DNA of 64,000 nucleotides from Alphaproteobacteria bacterium (GTDB lineage Bacteria; Pseudomonadota; Alphaproteobacteria; CAAGCB01; CAG-977): NCBI GenBank assembly GCA_900768465.1, contig CAAGCY010000024.1, positions 75,794 to 139,793 of the forward strand, read 5' to 3'. Shown piece by piece: positions 60,478 to 64,000 of this stretch (position 1 is its first letter; each line of letters starts with the position of its first letter). The notes under the pieces were generated by a model. It saw only the letters and a program-made list of their open reading frames with translations, ran no database searches and was not told where the DNA came from. The position numbers and the translations under genes were made by a program.

Positions 60478-60879
60478 ATGGACGAATTGGAAACAATATT
60501 GCAAATGGCGCGCGATGCCATGGACAGGGCGTACGCTCCGTACTCCAAGTTCCGTGTCGGCGCGGTCATCAAAGGCAAAAGCGGCAGGCTGTACGCCGGC
60601 TGCAACGTTGAAAACGCCGCCTATCCCGCGGGGTCGTGCGCCGAACAGGGCGCGATTTCCGCCATGATTTTGGGCGGAGACACCGAAATCACGGACATTT
60701 ATGTTATGGGCAACGGGGAACATCCGACGTCGCCGTGCGGTTCCTGCCGCCAGCGAATCCGCGAATTCGCCACGCCCGAAACCCGCGTTCACATTTGCGA
60801 CCGCAACGGTGTGCGCTTCACAAAGAATCTGACCGAAATCTTACCGATTTCATTCGGTCCGGAAAACTTGGAATCTTAA
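60478..60879 (+). CDS. cdd: cytidine deaminase
   Basis: Zinc motifs CAEQGAI and PCGSCRQ. ATG at 60478; the track ORF starts at an upstream GTG. Confidence 0.85.
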   Translation: MDELETILQMARDAMDRAYAPYSKFRVGAVIKGKSGRLYAGCNVENAAYPAGSCAEQGAISAMILGGDTEITDIYVMGNGEHPTSPCGSCRQRIREFATPETRVHICDRNGVRFTKNLTEILPISFGPENLES

Positions 60880-60907
60880 ATCGGCACAAAAAAATACGAG
60901 GACTTTT

Positions 60908-61723
60908 ATGCAAGACATTATCAATCAGGTTGCTCAGCAGATTAAATCCAAAATCGGCAACCATGAACCCAAGATCGGCATCATTTTGGGCAGCGGCTTG
61001 GGCGGCATGGCGGAAGCCATCGAAAACCCCATCGTCATCCCTTATGAAGAAATCGACGGATTTCCCCGTTCCACCGTATCCGGTCACGCCGGTCGGCTGG
61101 TCGTCGGCAAGCTGAACGGCGTCGACGTTTTGTGCATGCAGGGACGCGTCCATTTTTACGAAGGACACAGCCCCGCGGCTTTGGCTTTGGTGATTCGCTC
61201 GTACAAAAAACTGGGCATCGAAACGATGATTCTGACCAACGCGGCGGGTTCTTTGAACATCGATATGGGTCCGGGATCGCTGATGATTATTTCCGATCAT
61301 ATCAACCTGTCGGGCTGCAATCCGTTAATCGGACCGAACGACGAAAACGTCGGACCGCGTTTCCCCGACATGACGTACGCTTATGACGCCGAACTGCGCC
61401 GGAAACTGGTCAAAACCGCAGAAAAAGAAGGCATCAACATGCGTTCGGGCGTTTATTTGATGACGTCGGGTCCGAACTTTGAAACGCCTGCCGAAATCAG
61501 AATGTTCCGTATTTTGGGCGCGGACGCCGTCGGCATGTCCACGGTTTCCGAAACGCTGTGCGCCGTGCATTGCGGCATGAAAGTCGTCGGCGTTTCCGTC
61601 GTGACCAACTACGGCGCGGGCATGGTTTCCGAAAAAATGACCCACGACGAAACCATTACGCAGGCGAACGAAGCGGGCAAGAAACTGCAGCGCATTTTGA
61701 CACGTTTTGTAACGGAGATTTAA
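60908..61723 (+). CDS. punA: purine nucleoside phosphorylase (trimeric PNP-I / PunA type)
   Basis: GIILGSGLG, VSGHAGRLVVG and MSTVSETL motifs of the PNP/MTAP family, trimeric subtype. Confidence 0.8.
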   Translation: MQDIINQVAQQIKSKIGNHEPKIGIILGSGLGGMAEAIENPIVIPYEEIDGFPRSTVSGHAGRLVVGKLNGVDVLCMQGRVHFYEGHSPAALALVIRSYKKLGIETMILTNAAGSLNIDMGPGSLMIISDHINLSGCNPLIGPNDENVGPRFPDMTYAYDAELRRKLVKTAEKEGINMRSGVYLMTSGPNFETPAEIRMFRILGADAVGMSTVSETLCAVHCGMKVVGVSVVTNYGAGMVSEKMTHDETITQANEAGKKLQRILTRFVTEI

Positions 61724-61725
61724 AG

Positions 61726-62475
61726 ATGAAAGAAGTAGCCGCCAGAGCATTGGCTTTGCTGGATTTGACCAGCTTGAACGACGACGACACGGACGAAAAA
61801 ATCGTCGCCCTGTGCGCCAAAGCGCACGGAGATTTCGGCAAAACAGCCGCCGTTTGCGTGTGGCCGCGTTTTGTGAAAACCGCCAAAAAGGAATTGGAAG
61901 GAACGGGCGTCGACGTGGCGACCGTCGTCAACTTCCCCCACGGCGGAACGGATATTGAAGCGACCGTCGCCGAAACCAAAGGCGCGATTGCCGACGGCGC
62001 GGACGAAATCGACGTCGTTTTGCCGTACAAAGCGTTTATGGCGGGCGACAAGGAAACCGCCAAAGCGCTGTTGAAAGCCACGCGCGACGCCTGCAAAGGC
62101 AAAGTGATGAAAGTCATCATCGAATCGGGCGTTTTGGAACACGCTTCGCTGATTACCGAAGCGTCCAAACTGGCGATTGAATGCGGTGCGGACTTTGTGA
62201 AAACCTCCACGGGCAAAACGCCTGTTTCCGCGACATTGGAAGCGGCGAACGCCATGCTGGAAGCGATTCGCGATTCGGGCAAACCCGTCGGGTTCAAAGC
62301 GTCGGGCGGCGTCCGCACGACGGAACAGGCTGCGGATTACATGACGCTTGCTGACAAAATCATGGGACCGAACTGGATTTCCAAAAAGACGTTCCGTTTC
62401 GGCGCCAGCGGCTTGCGCGACAACCTGCTGGCTTCCATGGGCATCGGCAAAGGTTCCGATTCCAAAGGATACTGA
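61726..62475 (+). CDS. deoC: deoxyribose-phosphate aldolase
   Basis: LDLTSLNDDDT.. and the active-site Lys region (ADFVKTSTGK). ATG at 61726, 2 nt after the punA stop; the track ORF has a spurious extension. Confidence 0.9.
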   Translation: MKEVAARALALLDLTSLNDDDTDEKIVALCAKAHGDFGKTAAVCVWPRFVKTAKKELEGTGVDVATVVNFPHGGTDIEATVAETKGAIADGADEIDVVLPYKAFMAGDKETAKALLKATRDACKGKVMKVIIESGVLEHASLITEASKLAIECGADFVKTSTGKTPVSATLEAANAMLEAIRDSGKPVGFKASGGVRTTEQAADYMTLADKIMGPNWISKKTFRFGASGLRDNLLASMGIGKGSDSKGY

Positions 62476-62478
62476 TAA

Positions 62479-63807
62479 ATGCTGCCCCAAGAGGTCATTC
62501 GCCACAAACGCGACGGACAAAAGCTGACAAAAGAGGAAATCGACTTTTTTGTCAAAGGTGTCGGCGATTGGTCAGTTTCCGAATGTCAGATCGCGGCGTT
62601 CGCCATGGCGGTTTGTCTGCGCGGCATGTCGGACGACGAAACGGTCGAACTGGCGAAAGCGATGGCTTCTTCGGGCGAAGTGATGGACTGGTCCTCCCTT
62701 GATTTGGGGGGACCTGTTTTAAACAAGCACTCGACGGGCGGAATCGGGGACAAGCTGAATTTGCTGTTCGCGCCGATGATTGCCGCGTGCGGGGGCTTTG
62801 TGCCTTTGGTCGCGGGCAGACGGCTGGGGGCGACGGGCGGAACGCTGGACAAGCTGGAAAGCATTCCCGGCTACACCGCCATGCCGTCGATTGACACTTT
62901 TTACCGCGTCACACGCGAAGTCGGATGCGCCGTCATCGGGCAAACCATTGACCTTGCCCCCGCAGACAAACGGATTTTCGAAGTTCGCCTGCTGTGCGGC
63001 GCGATGGAGTCGCGGTCGCTGACGACGGCGTCTTTGCTGGCGAAAAAACTGGCGGCGGGAACGCAAGGGCTGATTGTCGATTTGAAATGCGACGCCAATC
63101 CCGATTCGGACGCTTTGTCGCTGGACGACGCCAAAAAACTGGCGCAAGTCATCGCGTCGGCGACCAAAATCGCGAACCTGCCGACCAAAGTCGTTCTGAC
63201 CGATATGAATCAGGTTTTGGGACGCACCGTCGGAAACGCCCTTGAAGTTTCGGAGGCGGTTTCCTATCTGACGGGTAACAAGCGCGACGAACGGCTGGAC
63301 GCGATTTGCATGGACTTGTGCGCCGAAGCGCTGACTTTGAAAGGCTTGGCGGAATCGGACGCGGACGCCCGCGAAAAATTGCGGCGCGCGTTGGATTCGG
63401 GCAAAGCGGCGGAGATTTTCGCCAAAATGGTTGCCGCGCTGGGCGGTCCCGCGGACTTTGTCGAACATCCCGACAAATACCTGCCCGACGCCCCGATTGT
63501 CCGCCCCGTTTTTGCGGAACGGTCGGGCTATGTGCGGTCGATGGATTTGCCCGCGGTCGGCGCGGCGATAACGGCTTTGGGCGGACGGCGCAAAACGTTC
63601 GACCAAACGCTTGACCCCGCGGTCGGGCTGTCGGATTTCATCCGCATCGGCGAAAAAACGGGCAAAGACAGACCGTTGGCGGTTATTCACGCCAGAAACG
63701 AAGAATCCTTTGCCCAAGCGGCGAAAATGGTGCAGAATAAGGTTCAGACATCCGCCGAACAACCGGCGGAAGCACCTTTGATTTACGAAACGATTACAAA
63801 CTTATGA
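62479..63807 (+). CDS. deoA: thymidine phosphorylase
   Basis: KRDGQKLTKEEI.., HSTGGIGDK, full length 442 aa. Confidence 0.9.
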   Translation: MLPQEVIRHKRDGQKLTKEEIDFFVKGVGDWSVSECQIAAFAMAVCLRGMSDDETVELAKAMASSGEVMDWSSLDLGGPVLNKHSTGGIGDKLNLLFAPMIAACGGFVPLVAGRRLGATGGTLDKLESIPGYTAMPSIDTFYRVTREVGCAVIGQTIDLAPADKRIFEVRLLCGAMESRSLTTASLLAKKLAAGTQGLIVDLKCDANPDSDALSLDDAKKLAQVIASATKIANLPTKVVLTDMNQVLGRTVGNALEVSEAVSYLTGNKRDERLDAICMDLCAEALTLKGLAESDADAREKLRRALDSGKAAEIFAKMVAALGGPADFVEHPDKYLPDAPIVRPVFAERSGYVRSMDLPAVGAAITALGGRRKTFDQTLDPAVGLSDFIRIGEKTGKDRPLAVIHARNEESFAQAAKMVQNKVQTSAEQPAEAPLIYETITNL

Positions 63808-63818
63808 GGTGAAAAACG

Positions 63819-64000
63819 ATGAAACGGGCTATAATTCTGATGATGGACTCCTTTGGCTGCGGCGAAGCCCCCGATGCCGATAAATTCGGCGACGTCGGCG
63901 CGGATACGCTGGGTCACATTGCCAAAGCCTGCGCCGAAGGCAAAGCCGAAAACGGACGCACGGGTCCTTTGAAACTGCCGAATTTGTGCAAGCTGGGCTT
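63819..64000 (+). CDS. deoB: phosphopentomutase (5' part; continues beyond the window)
   Basis: [35 protein letters not shown].. is the phosphopentomutase N-terminus. Confidence 0.85.
   Translation, partial: MKRAIILMMDSFGCGEAPDADKFGDVGADTLGHIAKACAEGKAENGRTGPLKLPNLCKLG

Overview
This 64 kb window is a high-GC (about 55-60 %) bacterial chromosome segment, almost certainly from an alphaproteobacterium. The evidence is a ChpT-type histidine phosphotransferase, a SerC that starts [16 protein letters not shown] (which I recall as the Methanosarcina/alphaproteobacterial phosphoserine aminotransferase subtype), an alphaproteobacterial-type enolase, and a ybgC-tolQRAB-pal-cpoB operon. About 60 real CDS are supported, densely packed on both strands. 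There are no rRNA, tRNA, CRISPR, integrase or transposase genes. The large antisense 'shadow' ORFs in the six-frame track are rejected.

Core content:
- **Envelope and housekeeping:** LOG, mlaA-mlaC, rpsD, eno, kdsA, secG, tpiA, ppiD, pepF, hupB, serC-glmM, ftsH, tilS.
- **Tol-Pal:** a complete operon with two tandem pal paralogs.
- **Regulation and metabolism:** rpe-phoB, rsmE, a GAF-HD-GYP phosphodiesterase, pmbA, gltB, slyX, an M20B peptidase, a HAD nucleotidase.
- **Paired domain-of-unknown-function genes:** GDYXXLXY + DUF2157, and DUF3015 + DUF4105/Lnb.
- **Other:** AsmA, and an upp / cdd-punA-deoC-deoA-deoB nucleoside-catabolism cluster.

Three regions are unusual:
1. A tandemly duplicated two-gene module (29079-32703), translationally coupled to ybgC at the head of the Tol-Pal operon. 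It pairs a membrane-anchored HExxH(xxQ) zincin-like protein with a glycine-zipper membrane protein carrying a conserved basic tail. I could not place it in a characterised family.
2. A locus at 50426-54684 where chpT sits next to a 903-aa degenerate CheA-like protein. That protein has an Hpt-like N-terminus with no His, a ~400-aa coiled coil, a kinase domain lacking recognisable ATP-binding motifs, and two CheW-like domains. A small ORF and a type IV prepilin-like gene follow.
3. A small AT-rich accessory islet (about 7.2-9.5 kb) with SHOCT-domain genes, one of them disrupted by an in-frame TAG, lying beside a thiol-hydrolase-like protein (6511-7218) in slightly lower-GC sequence.
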